From an uncultured Oscillibacter sp. (GTDB taxonomy: Bacteria > Bacillota > Clostridia > Oscillospirales > Oscillospiraceae): a stretch of DNA of 64,000 bases. The notes beneath the pieces were generated by a model that had not been told where the DNA came from, ran no database searches, and worked only from the letters and a program-made list of their open reading frames with translations. Of this stretch, positions 1-8,326 are shown one piece after another. Position 1 is the stretch's first letter. Each line of letters opens with the position of its first letter. The DNA lies in the NCBI GenBank assembly GCA_900770295.1, contig CAAGJQ010000089.1, forward strand, positions 31,668-95,667, read 5' to 3'. Both the position numbers and the translations under genes were made by a program.

Positions 1-35
1 TGGGCTTTCTTCCCTTCAAAGTCGCTAACGCGTCT

Positions 36-64
36 ATTTTATGAGGGTTTGGGGTGTTTGTCAA
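36..64 (-). promoter_or_regulatory. sigma-A-type promoter firing out of the left edge
   Basis: Minus strand TTGACA (59-64), 17 nt spacer, TAAAAT (36-41). Confidence 0.75.
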
Positions 65-101
65 GAAAAAAGCGCAAAATCTTCCGCTTTTTCGCCGGGC
101 G

Positions 102-926
102 TCACTGATTCGCCGGGATGGCGGCGCCGTCAGGGCCGTACCAGGCGACGCTGCCCGCCATGGTCTCCGCCAGCCAGGCGTCAAAATCCGCCTTGGTCAC
201 TTCTTCGCCGCCCAGCTCATACTCGCCCCCAGTGGCCCATTCCTCCCGGTGGCCCAGCTCCTGCTGTTCAAACACACCGCCCCCGAAAGACATCCGGTAA
301 TACCAACTGCTGCTGGCCCCGCCGGAGCCGAGATAAACGCCGTTTTGCCGGAGGTCCTCAAACCACCGGATGGGGAACTCGACGGCATAAAAGGTCTCGC
401 CCTCCTGGTGGAAGACAAGGTAATACCAGCCCAGCTCCTCGAAGAGCAGCGCCAGCTCAGGGACACCGTCGCCGTCCACATCCTGAACAGCCAGCCTGTT
501 CAGAACCAGCTTCTCCGGTGCTTCGCCGTTCCATGCCCATCTGGCTTTGTGAAACTCCGCCAGGGTCACGGTCTCCGTCTGGACGCCTTCACTGGTCCTG
601 TGGTAGGGCGCGTCCTCCGCCAGCTCCGTGCCGTTGATCCAATGAAACACGGCATCCTCCTCCAGCACCGGAAGATATAGGGAAAGGCCGTCCCACTCCT
701 CCGGGGTCATGGTGCTCTGAAACGCAGACCAGTCCACACCGATGGGGTTTTCCCCGCTCTCCGCGCTCTCCGTAACCTCCGGGACCTCCTCCGCCTGTTC
801 CGGGGACGTTGCGGACTCCGAAGGGGATGCCGCCGGAGAGGGCGCCGTTTGGGCGCCGCAGGCCGTCAGGAAGCAAACCGCCAGCAACAGTGAAACAGCA
901 GTATTCCCGATTTTTCTTTTTTTCAT
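102..926 (-). CDS. hypothetical lipoprotein
   Basis: MKKRK...LLLAVCFLTAC lipobox, then an S/P/E-rich linker; GGAGG RBS at 935-939; start chosen inside ORF 102..1022. Confidence 0.8.
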   Translation of the reverse strand: MKKRKIGNTAVSLLLAVCFLTACGAQTAPSPAASPSESATSPEQAEEVPEVTESAESGENPIGVDWSAFQSTMTPEEWDGLSLYLPVLEEDAVFHWINGTELAEDAPYHRTSEGVQTETVTLAEFHKARWAWNGEAPEKLVLNRLAVQDVDGDGVPELALLFEELGWYYLVFHQEGETFYAVEFPIRWFEDLRQNGVYLGSGGASSSWYYRMSFGGGVFEQQELGHREEWATGGEYELGGEEVTKADFDAWLAETMAGSVAWYGPDGAAIPANQ

Positions 927-1044
927 AAAATATGCCTCCGCATTGTTTTTGACAACAGTATAGAAATGTGCAAGTTTTATGTCTACTCTTTTCAGTTGCA
1001 AAGTGATTACAAAAAATGACAACCGGCCGGACCCCGGCGGTGTC

Positions 1045-1401
1045 TCACTCCACTTCCCGCAGCAATTCCGCAGGCGAGACCCCGAACAGCTTCGCCAGGG
1101 CGATCAGGTTGGAGGTGCTGGGGTCGGCGGTCCCGGTCTCCCACTTGGAGACCGCCTGACGGCTGACCCCCAGGGCCTCCGCCTCAAACTCCTGGGTCAT
1201 TTTGCACCGGATACGGTGGGTCTTCAGAACTTCTCCCAGGGAGCGGCGGGTCTCGGCCCTCTCTTTGCGCATGTCCTCCGAGCGGATGTATTTCCGCAGG
1301 GCCTTGACAGCCAGCACCGCCACATAGATCACTCCGCCCCAAATTGCCAGCCACAGCAGCAGGCCGACCGCCATCATGATCACCGTACTCATATTATCCA
1401 T
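1045..1401 (-). CDS. XRE-family HTH regulator with an N-terminal transmembrane segment
   Basis: Hydrophobic N-terminus, then MTQE..AEALGVSRQAVSKWETG Cro/C1 motif; GGAGG RBS. Confidence 0.85.
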   Translation of the reverse strand: MDNMSTVIMMAVGLLLWLAIWGGVIYVAVLAVKALRKYIRSEDMRKERAETRRSLGEVLKTHRIRCKMTQEFEAEALGVSRQAVSKWETGTADPSTSNLIALAKLFGVSPAELLREVE

Positions 1402-1523
1402 TGTAGTTACCTCCTGTCGTTTTACAGCCCTATCTTAGCAAACAGAGCCGGTTGCAGCCACCACCTATTCCGCAACAAGCGGTTGCTGTCCGGATGTCGG
1501 CCGTCTTTGCTCGGCGGGATATC

Positions 1524-1558
1524 AAAAGCCCCATGGCCGCGGAGCGCGGCCATGGGGC
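1524..1558 (-). terminator. intrinsic terminator after rsfS
   Basis: 14-bp stem GCCCCATGGCCGCG/CGCGGCCATGGGGC followed by TTTT on the minus strand. Confidence 0.7.
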
Positions 1559-1601
1559 AGATTTCAATGGTTTTGGGCACGCTGCCCGCTGTGAGACGGG
1601 G

Positions 1602-1964
1602 TCAGTCCGCCGTCAGCACTCCGCTCAGGTCCAGAGGCTTGCCGTCGTGCCACAGCCGTTCCAGAGAGTAGAACTCCCGGGCCTCGGCGGAGAACACGTG
1701 GACCACCACACAGCCGTAGTCCAGCAGGACCCAGGTGCCGTCCCGGTAGCCCTCCCGGCGCAGGGGGTCCTCCCCGGCCTGCTCCTTCATGGCTTTTTCC
1801 ACAGAGCCGCACAGGGCGTTGATCTGCGTATTGGAAGTGCCGGTGGCGATGACGAAAAAGTCCGCCAGGGTGGTCTGCTCCGTCACCTCAATGGCAGCGA
1901 TCTCCTTCCCCTTCTTCTCGTCCAGGGCCTTTGCCGCGATGATAGCCAGTTCTTTCGGTGTCAT
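1602..1964 (-). CDS. rsfS: ribosome silencing factor
   Basis: DFFVIATG..., WVLLDYG, VHVFS..REFYSLERLW motifs; yhbY-nadD-yqeK-rsfS synteny. Confidence 0.95.
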   Translation of the reverse strand: MTPKELAIIAAKALDEKKGKEIAAIEVTEQTTLADFFVIATGTSNTQINALCGSVEKAMKEQAGEDPLRREGYRDGTWVLLDYGCVVVHVFSAEAREFYSLERLWHDGKPLDLSGVLTAD

Positions 1965-1989
1965 ATGGTCATTCCTTTCTTTGATGGGT

Positions 1990-3471
1990 TCAGGCCGCGG
2001 GAGGCGGCTCGATCATGGAAAAGCCGGAATCCTCCGGCACGGTCGTGTCAGCAGGTGCCGCCGGCTCCGCCGAGGTGTCTGTCTGCGGTTCCGTTCCTTC
2101 AGACGGTGCCTCCGGCTGGGATTCCTCCGCCGGTGGCGTGGTTTCGCCGCTCTCCGGCGGAGTCATAGGCTCCGTAGTGCCCGTATCGGGCGGAACGGTG
2201 CTCTCTCCGCCCTCCGAATCTATGATATTGCCATTTTCATCGATCACAGGGTCTTCCACAATGGGATCATCCACCGGCTCCGTCGTTGCGGGCTCGGAGG
2301 GCTTCACCGGCGGAACCGCCGCCTTACTGTCCTCCACACGGCCGGTGGTGGAGCGGAGACTGCCGTCGGAATTGACGGACATGATGTCCAGGTCGCTGAG
2401 GGTGAACGTCTCTACAAAGGGGCTGAGTTTGTTGTTCACGATGTCCAACAACTCGCTGGCGATGGGGACCACGTAGGACAGGTTCTGCTGATAGGAGCGG
2501 CTCCAGGCGGACGCCCCCTTGTAGGGCATGGTGACAAATTCCACATTGTCCACGCTCAGGCCGCCCAGGATCGCCTTCTGGGCAAACCACAGAATGTTCT
2601 GGAAGCTCATGTCCGTCTCCACGCTCTCCTGGAACACCTTGGCGATCTTGTTGATATTGGCGATATTTTTGATGGTCAGCATCTGCTGGATGACGGCTTT
2701 CAGGAAGTCCTGCTGGATCTCCATGCGGCCGGCGTCTCCCACGCCGCTGCTGCCGTTGTTCTTCCGCCAGCGGATGACCTGCATGGCGTCATCGCCGTTC
2801 AGCAGCCGGTAGCCCTTGGCCTGGTCGATGACCAGGTCCTGGTAGGGATCATTATAATGCATATCGTAGGGCACGTCAAAATATACGCCTCCGATGGCGT
2901 CCACCAGCTTGCCCACGGCCTCCCACTCGACAACGACCTGGTAATCCGGCTCAAAGCCGACCAGCTGGGAGATCTCCTTGTACACCGCCTGGATGCCCTT
3001 TTCTCCGCCGCCGTAGGTATTATAGACGGAATTGATCTTTTTCACGTCCCAGGAGACGTTCACCATGGTGTCCCGGGGAATGGACATGACCGTGGCCTTC
3101 TGGTTCGTCACATCGTAGGATGCCAGCAGCATGGTGTCCGTATTCCCGCCGCCTCCGGTGTCCCGGCCCAAAATCAGGACTGTGTAAAAATCCTCGCTCT
3201 TCCGCTCACCGTCCGCCCTGGGGCGGACGCCCTCGCCGTAGTCGATCTCCTCCGCCGCCTCACTGCTGTCACCGTCCAGGCCGCCCGTCTGCTTGCCCCC
3301 GATATCCGGGCGGACGAACAGGCTCTGGCAGGCCGCCACCACAGCCAGCGCAATGGCCAGGATCACTACGACCGCCAATAGAATCTTTTGCTGCCGCGTC
3401 AGGCGGCTTTTTTTCGGCTTTTTCTCCAGCCGGCTCCCACCCTCGTGTTTATGTTCTTTCTGGTTGTCCAC
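1990..3471 (-). CDS. LCP (LytR-CpsA-Psr) family cell-wall protein
   Basis: N-terminal TM, LILGRD..NTDTMLL..MSIPRDT..KINS motifs, P/T/E-rich tail. Confidence 0.9.
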   Translation of the reverse strand: MDNQKEHKHEGGSRLEKKPKKSRLTRQQKILLAVVVILAIALAVVAACQSLFVRPDIGGKQTGGLDGDSSEAAEEIDYGEGVRPRADGERKSEDFYTVLILGRDTGGGGNTDTMLLASYDVTNQKATVMSIPRDTMVNVSWDVKKINSVYNTYGGGEKGIQAVYKEISQLVGFEPDYQVVVEWEAVGKLVDAIGGVYFDVPYDMHYNDPYQDLVIDQAKGYRLLNGDDAMQVIRWRKNNGSSGVGDAGRMEIQQDFLKAVIQQMLTIKNIANINKIAKVFQESVETDMSFQNILWFAQKAILGGLSVDNVEFVTMPYKGASAWSRSYQQNLSYVVPIASELLDIVNNKLSPFVETFTLSDLDIMSVNSDGSLRSTTGRVEDSKAAVPPVKPSEPATTEPVDDPIVEDPVIDENGNIIDSEGGESTVPPDTGTTEPMTPPESGETTPPAEESQPEAPSEGTEPQTDTSAEPAAPADTTVPEDSGFSMIEPPPAA

Positions 3472-3478
3472 GATCTCT

Positions 3479-4669
3479 CTATCCTTTCAACGCGTCCCTC
3501 GCCTCAATCGTGGCGTGGTGCACGGGGTTTCCCATGGATGTCATCTCCTCGATGGTTATCTCCAGGCCCATCAGCAGGCCCCTGTCCAAATCTTCATAAC
3601 ACACTTTCCGCAGTTTGTCCACCCCCGGAAAATCCCGGGAGGGCTCAATATAATCCGCCAGATAGATGATCTTCTCCAGCTTCGTCATATTGGCGTGGCC
3701 CGTGGTGTGATACCAGATAGCCGAGTAGATCTCGTCATCCACGCCGAACACATCCCGGGCAATGGCGGCGCCGGTCTTGGAGTGGAGCAGTTTCAGTGCC
3801 TTCTGCTCCAGCTCGTCCAGCTGGATGCCGTACCGGCGGCACAGCGCCAGCTGCTCCTCCATGTCCAGCTTCTTGGTACAGTCGTGGAGCAGCGCCGCCC
3901 GGCGGGCCTTTTCCACGTCGGCGCCGTACCGCTCCGCCAGACGGATGGCCTCCTGCTCCGTCCCAAGTACATGGGGAATGCGCTTGTGCTTCAGGTAGCT
4001 CAGCGCCACCGGCCGCAGCTGGCTGAGAGAGAGCTGCTTCAAATCCGCGTCGGTGTTGTACAGGCCCTCCCGCAGGATATATCCGTACACCGCCGGGGCC
4101 AGCAGGTTCATGCCTTTCCCCTGGGCCAGCTTTTCCCGCAACTCCGTGGAGCTGACATCGATGACGCCGGGGATGGTCAGGGTGAAGAGCCGCGCCTGGG
4201 GATATGTCCGATAGAGGTACTCCCGTTGGGCGGAGAACAGTTCCTCGGTGTCCTCCTCCGTGCGGCCGAAGGCGGCGATACCGGCCAGGGAGAGGATCTT
4301 CTCCGGTTCGTGCCAGGCCTGCAGGGTCAGGAACATGTCGGTCCCCATCAGCAGCCACAGCTCATCCTCCGGATGCTGGGCTTTCAACTGTGCCAGCGTG
4401 TCGGCGGTAAAGCTCTTTCCCTGGCGGTACACCTCGATATCCAGGGTCCTGACCCGGTCGCCCAGGCCCAACTGCTCCCCCGCCAAGCGGGTCATCTCCA
4501 GCCGCTGCTCCGGCGTGGGGCTGCCGGCGGGCAGTTCCTTATGGGGCGGCATTCCCGCCGGGACCAGCAGCAGCTGGTCCAGGTTCAGCATTTCAAACAC
4601 CGCCCGGGCAGCCGTCAAATGGCCCAGGTGGGGCGGGTTGAAGGTGCCGCCGTAAATTCCGATTTTCAT
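3479..4669 (-). CDS. nadD: nicotinate-nucleotide adenylyltransferase fused to a YqeK HD-domain hydrolase
   Basis: GGTFNPPHLGH and SSTELR (NadD), then RIPHVLG..LLHDCTK..HTTG..IYLADYIEP (YqeK). Confidence 0.92.
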   Translation of the reverse strand: MKIGIYGGTFNPPHLGHLTAARAVFEMLNLDQLLLVPAGMPPHKELPAGSPTPEQRLEMTRLAGEQLGLGDRVRTLDIEVYRQGKSFTADTLAQLKAQHPEDELWLLMGTDMFLTLQAWHEPEKILSLAGIAAFGRTEEDTEELFSAQREYLYRTYPQARLFTLTIPGVIDVSSTELREKLAQGKGMNLLAPAVYGYILREGLYNTDADLKQLSLSQLRPVALSYLKHKRIPHVLGTEQEAIRLAERYGADVEKARRAALLHDCTKKLDMEEQLALCRRYGIQLDELEQKALKLLHSKTGAAIARDVFGVDDEIYSAIWYHTTGHANMTKLEKIIYLADYIEPSRDFPGVDKLRKVCYEDLDRGLLMGLEITIEEMTSMGNPVHHATIEARDALKG

Positions 4670-4769
4670 AGTGCTTCCTTCTTTTTGACGCAGATATGCA
4701 AAGCGGGGCACCTCTTACCGAAAGGCGCATCGGGTTCCCCGTTTTTTACAGAGGCCTCTTCTTACCGGG

Positions 4770-4846
4770 TTCACCAGCTGGATGCGCTTGTCCTTCGGCT
4801 TGCTGTGGCTCTCCCGGTACAGCACAAACTTGGTGCCGATGACCTG
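4770..4846 (-). repeat. downstream identical copy of the yhbY 3' region (77 bp direct repeat of 4989-5065)
   Basis: Exact 77-bp match, offset 219 bp (in frame). Confidence 0.97.
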
Positions 4847-4980
4847 CGCACCCCACGGGGCCAGCCCCGTGGGGACCCCGCATTGGACTCAAATGGTCAG
4901 GCAAAGCCCGCCCATTTCAAGATTTTGCGATTCGCAAAATGCTTGGACGCCGGATTTCCGGCGGTGTGGTCCAGGTCATC
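4847..4980. repeat. hairpin-rich spacer plus a 15-bp inverted repeat of the yhbY duplication junction
   Basis: Hairpins CCCCACGGGGC/GCCCCGTGGGG, ATTTTGCG/CGCAAAAT and CGCCGGA/TCCGGCG; 4966-4980 is the exact reverse complement of 5057-5071. Confidence 0.9.
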
Positions 4981-5293
4981 TCTTGCTTTTCACCAGCTGG
5001 ATGCGCTTGTCCTTCGGCTTGCTGTGGCTCTCCCGGTACAGCACAAACTTGGTGCCGATGACCTGGACCACTTCGGCGCGGGTGGCCTTTGCCAGCTCCT
5101 CCGCCGCGATGCGGGCGTCGTAGTCGATGCTGTTGTCCAGGACCCGGCCCTTGATGAGCTCCCGGGCCTCCAGGGCGTCATCGGCCTGCTTGACCAGATT
5201 CTCGCCGATGCCGTCCTTGCCGATCTGGAGGATGGTGTCGATGCTGTTGGCCAGACCCCGCAGCTGGGCCCGCTGTTTGCTTGTCAGTTCCAT
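4976..5293 (-). CDS. yhbY: ribosome assembly RNA-binding protein (CRM domain)
   Basis: LTSKQRAQLR..LQIGKDG..ELIK..VQVIG..VLYR motifs. Confidence 0.95.
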   Translation of the reverse strand: MELTSKQRAQLRGLANSIDTILQIGKDGIGENLVKQADDALEARELIKGRVLDNSIDYDARIAAEELAKATRAEVVQVIGTKFVLYRESHSKPKDKRIQLVKSKR

Positions 5294-5322
5294 GTGATTC
5301 TCCTAAATATTTTATTAGACGT

Positions 5323-5919
5323 TTATTTTCCCAAATAAGTTTCAAGTTTTGCGGAAAATTTCTTCAATGCCTGGCCCCGGTGGGAGATAGTGCTCTTCTC
5401 CTCCGCCGTCAGCTGGCCGAAGGTCTTGGCCAGGGGCGGGTAGAAAAAGACGGGGTCATAGCCGAAGCCGCCCTCCCCCATGGGGGCGAAGGCGATGGTG
5501 CCCTGGACCTGCCCCTCGGCGGTCAGGGTGTCGCCGTTGGGGAAGGCGCAGGCGATGGAGCAGGTGAAATGGGCCGCCCGGGTGGTCTGGCCCCGCATGC
5601 TGTTCAGCAGCAGGGTATACCGCCCCTTGTCGTCCAGACCCTCGCCGCCGTAGCGGGCGGAGTACACACCGGGGCCGCCGTTCAGGGCGTCCACGCAGAG
5701 GCCGGAGTCATCGGCAATGGCGGGCAAATTCGCCGCAGCGCAGATGGCTTTTGCTTTCAGCATGGCGTTCTCGGCAAAGGTGGCGCCGGTCTCCTCCACG
5801 TCCACGGTGATCCCCAGCTCCTTCGGGCTGACCACCTCCACGCCGAACCGGCTCAAAATAGAGGACATCTCCTTCAGCTTTCCCGGATTGTGGGTGGCAA
5901 GTACAAATTTCTGGCTCAT
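5323..5919 (-). CDS. rdgB: non-canonical purine NTP pyrophosphatase (Ham1 family)
   Basis: LATHNPGK, ADDSGL..PGVYSARY, GFGYDPVF, SHRGQA. Confidence 0.95.
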   Translation of the reverse strand: MSQKFVLATHNPGKLKEMSSILSRFGVEVVSPKELGITVDVEETGATFAENAMLKAKAICAAANLPAIADDSGLCVDALNGGPGVYSARYGGEGLDDKGRYTLLLNSMRGQTTRAAHFTCSIACAFPNGDTLTAEGQVQGTIAFAPMGEGGFGYDPVFFYPPLAKTFGQLTAEEKSTISHRGQALKKFSAKLETYLGK

Positions 5920-6641
5920 CAGAATGTTCCTCCCAGAACTTCTTTTTGGATGGCGCGCAGCTCCCGGTTGCCCTTGGCGCACAGGCGCACCAGCTCCTGC
6001 TGCTCGTCCAGGGTGAAGGCCCGGCCCTCGCCGGTGCCCTGGAGTTCGATGATCTCCCCCCGCTCGTTCATGATGCAGTTCAGGTCCACCTGGGCACGGC
6101 TGTCCTCGCTGTACTGCAGGTCCAGCAGGGCGGTGTCCTCCACGATACCGGCGGAGACGCCGGTGACATAGTGGCGGATGGGGCTGGAGACCAGAACGCC
6201 GTCGTCCACCAGCTTCCGGCAGGCCAGCGCCAGCGCGATGAAGCCGCCGGTGACGGAGGCCGTCCGGGTGCCGCCGTCGCCCTGGAGCACGTCGCAGTCG
6301 ATGGTGATGGTGTGCTCTCCCAGCTTCGTCATGTCCACAGCGGCCCGCAGGGAGCGGCCCACCAGTCTCTGGATCTCCGCGCTGCGGGGAGACAGCTTCA
6401 GCTTGGCCACGTCCCGCTTGCTCCGCTCCCGGTTGGCCCGGGGCAGCATGGAGTACTCGGCTGTGACCCAGCCCTCGCCCTCGGGGACGTGAGGCGGCGT
6501 GCGGTCCTCCACGCTGGCACAGCAGAGGACCTTGGTGTCGCCGCACTCAATGAGGCAGCTGCCCTCCGCGAATTTCACGAAATCGGTGGTGATTTTAATG
6601 GGGCGCAGTTCGTCATACGCCCGTCCGTCTTGTCTGGTCAT
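5919..6641 (-). CDS. rph: ribonuclease PH
   Basis: GWVTAEYSMLP, EIQRLVGRSLR, DGGTRTAS, DLQYSEDS. Confidence 0.95.
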   Translation of the reverse strand: MTRQDGRAYDELRPIKITTDFVKFAEGSCLIECGDTKVLCCASVEDRTPPHVPEGEGWVTAEYSMLPRANRERSKRDVAKLKLSPRSAEIQRLVGRSLRAAVDMTKLGEHTITIDCDVLQGDGGTRTASVTGGFIALALACRKLVDDGVLVSSPIRHYVTGVSAGIVEDTALLDLQYSEDSRAQVDLNCIMNERGEIIELQGTGEGRAFTLDEQQELVRLCAKGNRELRAIQKEVLGGTF

Positions 6642-6672
6642 AGATCGTTCTCCTCTTTCTGGGGCAGTAAAA

Positions 6673-6933
6673 TCAGTATCCCCGCAATGCGGGCTGGATG
6701 GCCGCAACGGCGCGGTCATAGTCATCCTTGTGGACGTAGATCGTATAGGTCAGGGCATAGTCCTGCATAGCGGGCGGCACTACGCCCCGTGCACGGCGGT
6801 CCGCCGCGGCGCCCAGGCCGCGGGTCCTGGTATTGCTGGGAATCCCCGCGGCGGAGAGGGCTTCCCGAATCCTGAAAAGTTTCTGCTGGGAGGGAATGGT
6901 GATGAGTTCTCTCCGATTGAAAACCGTAATCAT
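6673..6933 (-). CDS. small hypothetical protein
   Basis: MITVFNRRELI...YTIYVHKDDY; fills the gap between ftsY and rph; RBS AAGGGGG. Confidence 0.7.
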   Translation of the reverse strand: MITVFNRRELITIPSQQKLFRIREALSAAGIPSNTRTRGLGAAADRRARGVVPPAMQDYALTYTIYVHKDDYDRAVAAIQPALRGY

Positions 6934-6961
6934 GGGAAAGCCCCCTTTCCGTGCATTACAA

Positions 6962-7834
6962 TTAAATGATAGCCTCCACGTAGCTTCTGGCGTCAAAGGG
7001 GCGCAGGTCGTCGATGCCCTCGCCCACGCCGGCGAACTTCACGGGCACGCCCAGTTCCTTGGCGATGGCAATGACGATGCCGCCCTTGGCGGTGCCGTCC
7101 AGCTTGGTGAGGACAATGCCGGTGAGGCCGGCGGTCTCCTTGAACTGCCGGGCCTGGATCAGGCCGTTCTGGCCGGTGGTGGCGTCCAGCACCAGCAGCG
7201 TCTCCCGGGCGGCGCCGGGGCACTCCCGGTCGATGATCTTGGAGAGCTTTGCCAGTTCCGCCATCAGGTTGGCCTTGTTGTGGAGGCGGCCGGCGGTATC
7301 GCACAGCACCACGTCCACGCCCCGGGCCTTGGCGGCCTGGAGGGCGTCGAACAGCACGGCGCCGGGGTCCGCGCCCTCATGCTGGCGGACCAGCTCGCAG
7401 CCCGCCCGCTCCGACCAGATCTGGAGTTGGTCGGCGGCGGCGGCCCGGAAGGTGTCCGCCGCGCAGAACAGCACCCGCTTGCCCTCGCTTTTCAGCTGAT
7501 TGCCCAGCTTGCCGATGGACGTGGTCTTGCCCACGCCGTTGACGCCGATGAACAGCACCACGCTGGGCTGGGTGGAGATGTCCAGGGCGGTGTCGCCCAC
7601 GTCCATCATCTCCACCAGAACGTCCCGGAGGGCGGCCTTGACCTCCTCCTGGTCGCGGAGCTTCTCCTTGCGGACACGGGTCCGCAGCTGTTCCACCGCC
7701 TCCAGAGCGGTGTCCATGCCCAGGTCCGCCAGGATCAGAGTCTCCTCCAGCTCCTCGAAGAACGCCTCGTCGGCCTCGGAAAAGCCGGAGAACAGGTTGG
7801 TGGTGATTTTTTTCAGTTTGTCAAAAAAGCCCAT
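6962..7834 (-). CDS. ftsY: SRP receptor GTPase
   Basis: GVNGVGKTT, DTFRAAA, DTAGR, TKLDGTAKGG. Confidence 0.97.
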   Translation of the reverse strand: MGFFDKLKKITTNLFSGFSEADEAFFEELEETLILADLGMDTALEAVEQLRTRVRKEKLRDQEEVKAALRDVLVEMMDVGDTALDISTQPSVVLFIGVNGVGKTTSIGKLGNQLKSEGKRVLFCAADTFRAAAADQLQIWSERAGCELVRQHEGADPGAVLFDALQAAKARGVDVVLCDTAGRLHNKANLMAELAKLSKIIDRECPGAARETLLVLDATTGQNGLIQARQFKETAGLTGIVLTKLDGTAKGGIVIAIAKELGVPVKFAGVGEGIDDLRPFDARSYVEAII

Positions 7835-7843
7835 AGTCTCCTC

Positions 7844-8104
7844 CTAAAATAAGGAATTTGAACGGGGAGTCTTGTTCCAGTCATATGCTCTGCCGCAGTG
7901 CTTGCAGTGACTTCCGGGGGAACGCCCCAGCGGGGCGCCGCACTCCGGGCAGCGGCACATACCATAATAAACCAGCAGTCCCACAACCAGCGGCACAAGG
8001 CCGATGGCCATCAGCACTCCTATGCCAAAGTAGCCGATAACCGCCAGCAAAGCCCCCAGCACCATCAACACGATACTGAGGGTCAGCCATTTTTTCAGGC
8101 TCAC
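7844..8104 (-). CDS. small membrane protein with a C-terminal zinc ribbon
   Basis: Two TM segments, then CPECG...CKHCG; GGGGGA RBS before GTG. Confidence 0.75.
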   Translation of the reverse strand: MSLKKWLTLSIVLMVLGALLAVIGYFGIGVLMAIGLVPLVVGLLVYYGMCRCPECGAPLGRSPGSHCKHCGRAYDWNKTPRSNSLF

Positions 8105-8116
8105 GAGCAGTCCCCC

Positions 8117-8191
8117 TTACTTGATCTTCAGTTCCTTGGCCATGTCGTTCAGATTAATGGTCAGTATCTTGCTGACGCCCTGCTCCTGCAT
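8117..8191 (-). repeat. downstream copy of the last 25 codons of smc (direct repeat of 8327-8401)
   Basis: 70/75 identical, offset 210 bp (in frame); all five differences synonymous. Confidence 0.97.
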
Positions 8192-8326
8192 ATCGTCGTC
8201 GCAAAGTCCGCTAAGCTCCGTTTCCGCCTTGCGGTGAAAACTGCGCCCGCTCCCTTGCTCCTCCTCTTCCCACCGTGACCGCTTCGCCGGGTCACGGCGG
8301 GAGCCCTGTTGGGGCGTCACCATGCC
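8192..8326 (-). repeat. structured 114-nt module plus a 13-bp inverted repeat of the smc duplication junction
   Basis: 8313-8325 is the reverse complement of 8398-8410; module 8193-8306 is colinear with 41333-41446. Confidence 0.9.

Noticed and set aside
1..35. Possible start of a T-box or other leader RNA (minus strand ...GACTTTGAAGGGAAGAAAGCCCA)
   Set aside because: It follows a good promoter but is cut by the window edge, so too little is visible to call.
4770..5065. CRISPR array
   Set aside because: Only two units, each 77 bp and protein-coding; no cas genes.
8192..8326. Group I or group II intron
   Set aside because: The spacer is only about 135 nt, and I could not identify a P7 core, domain V or GUGYG/AY ends.
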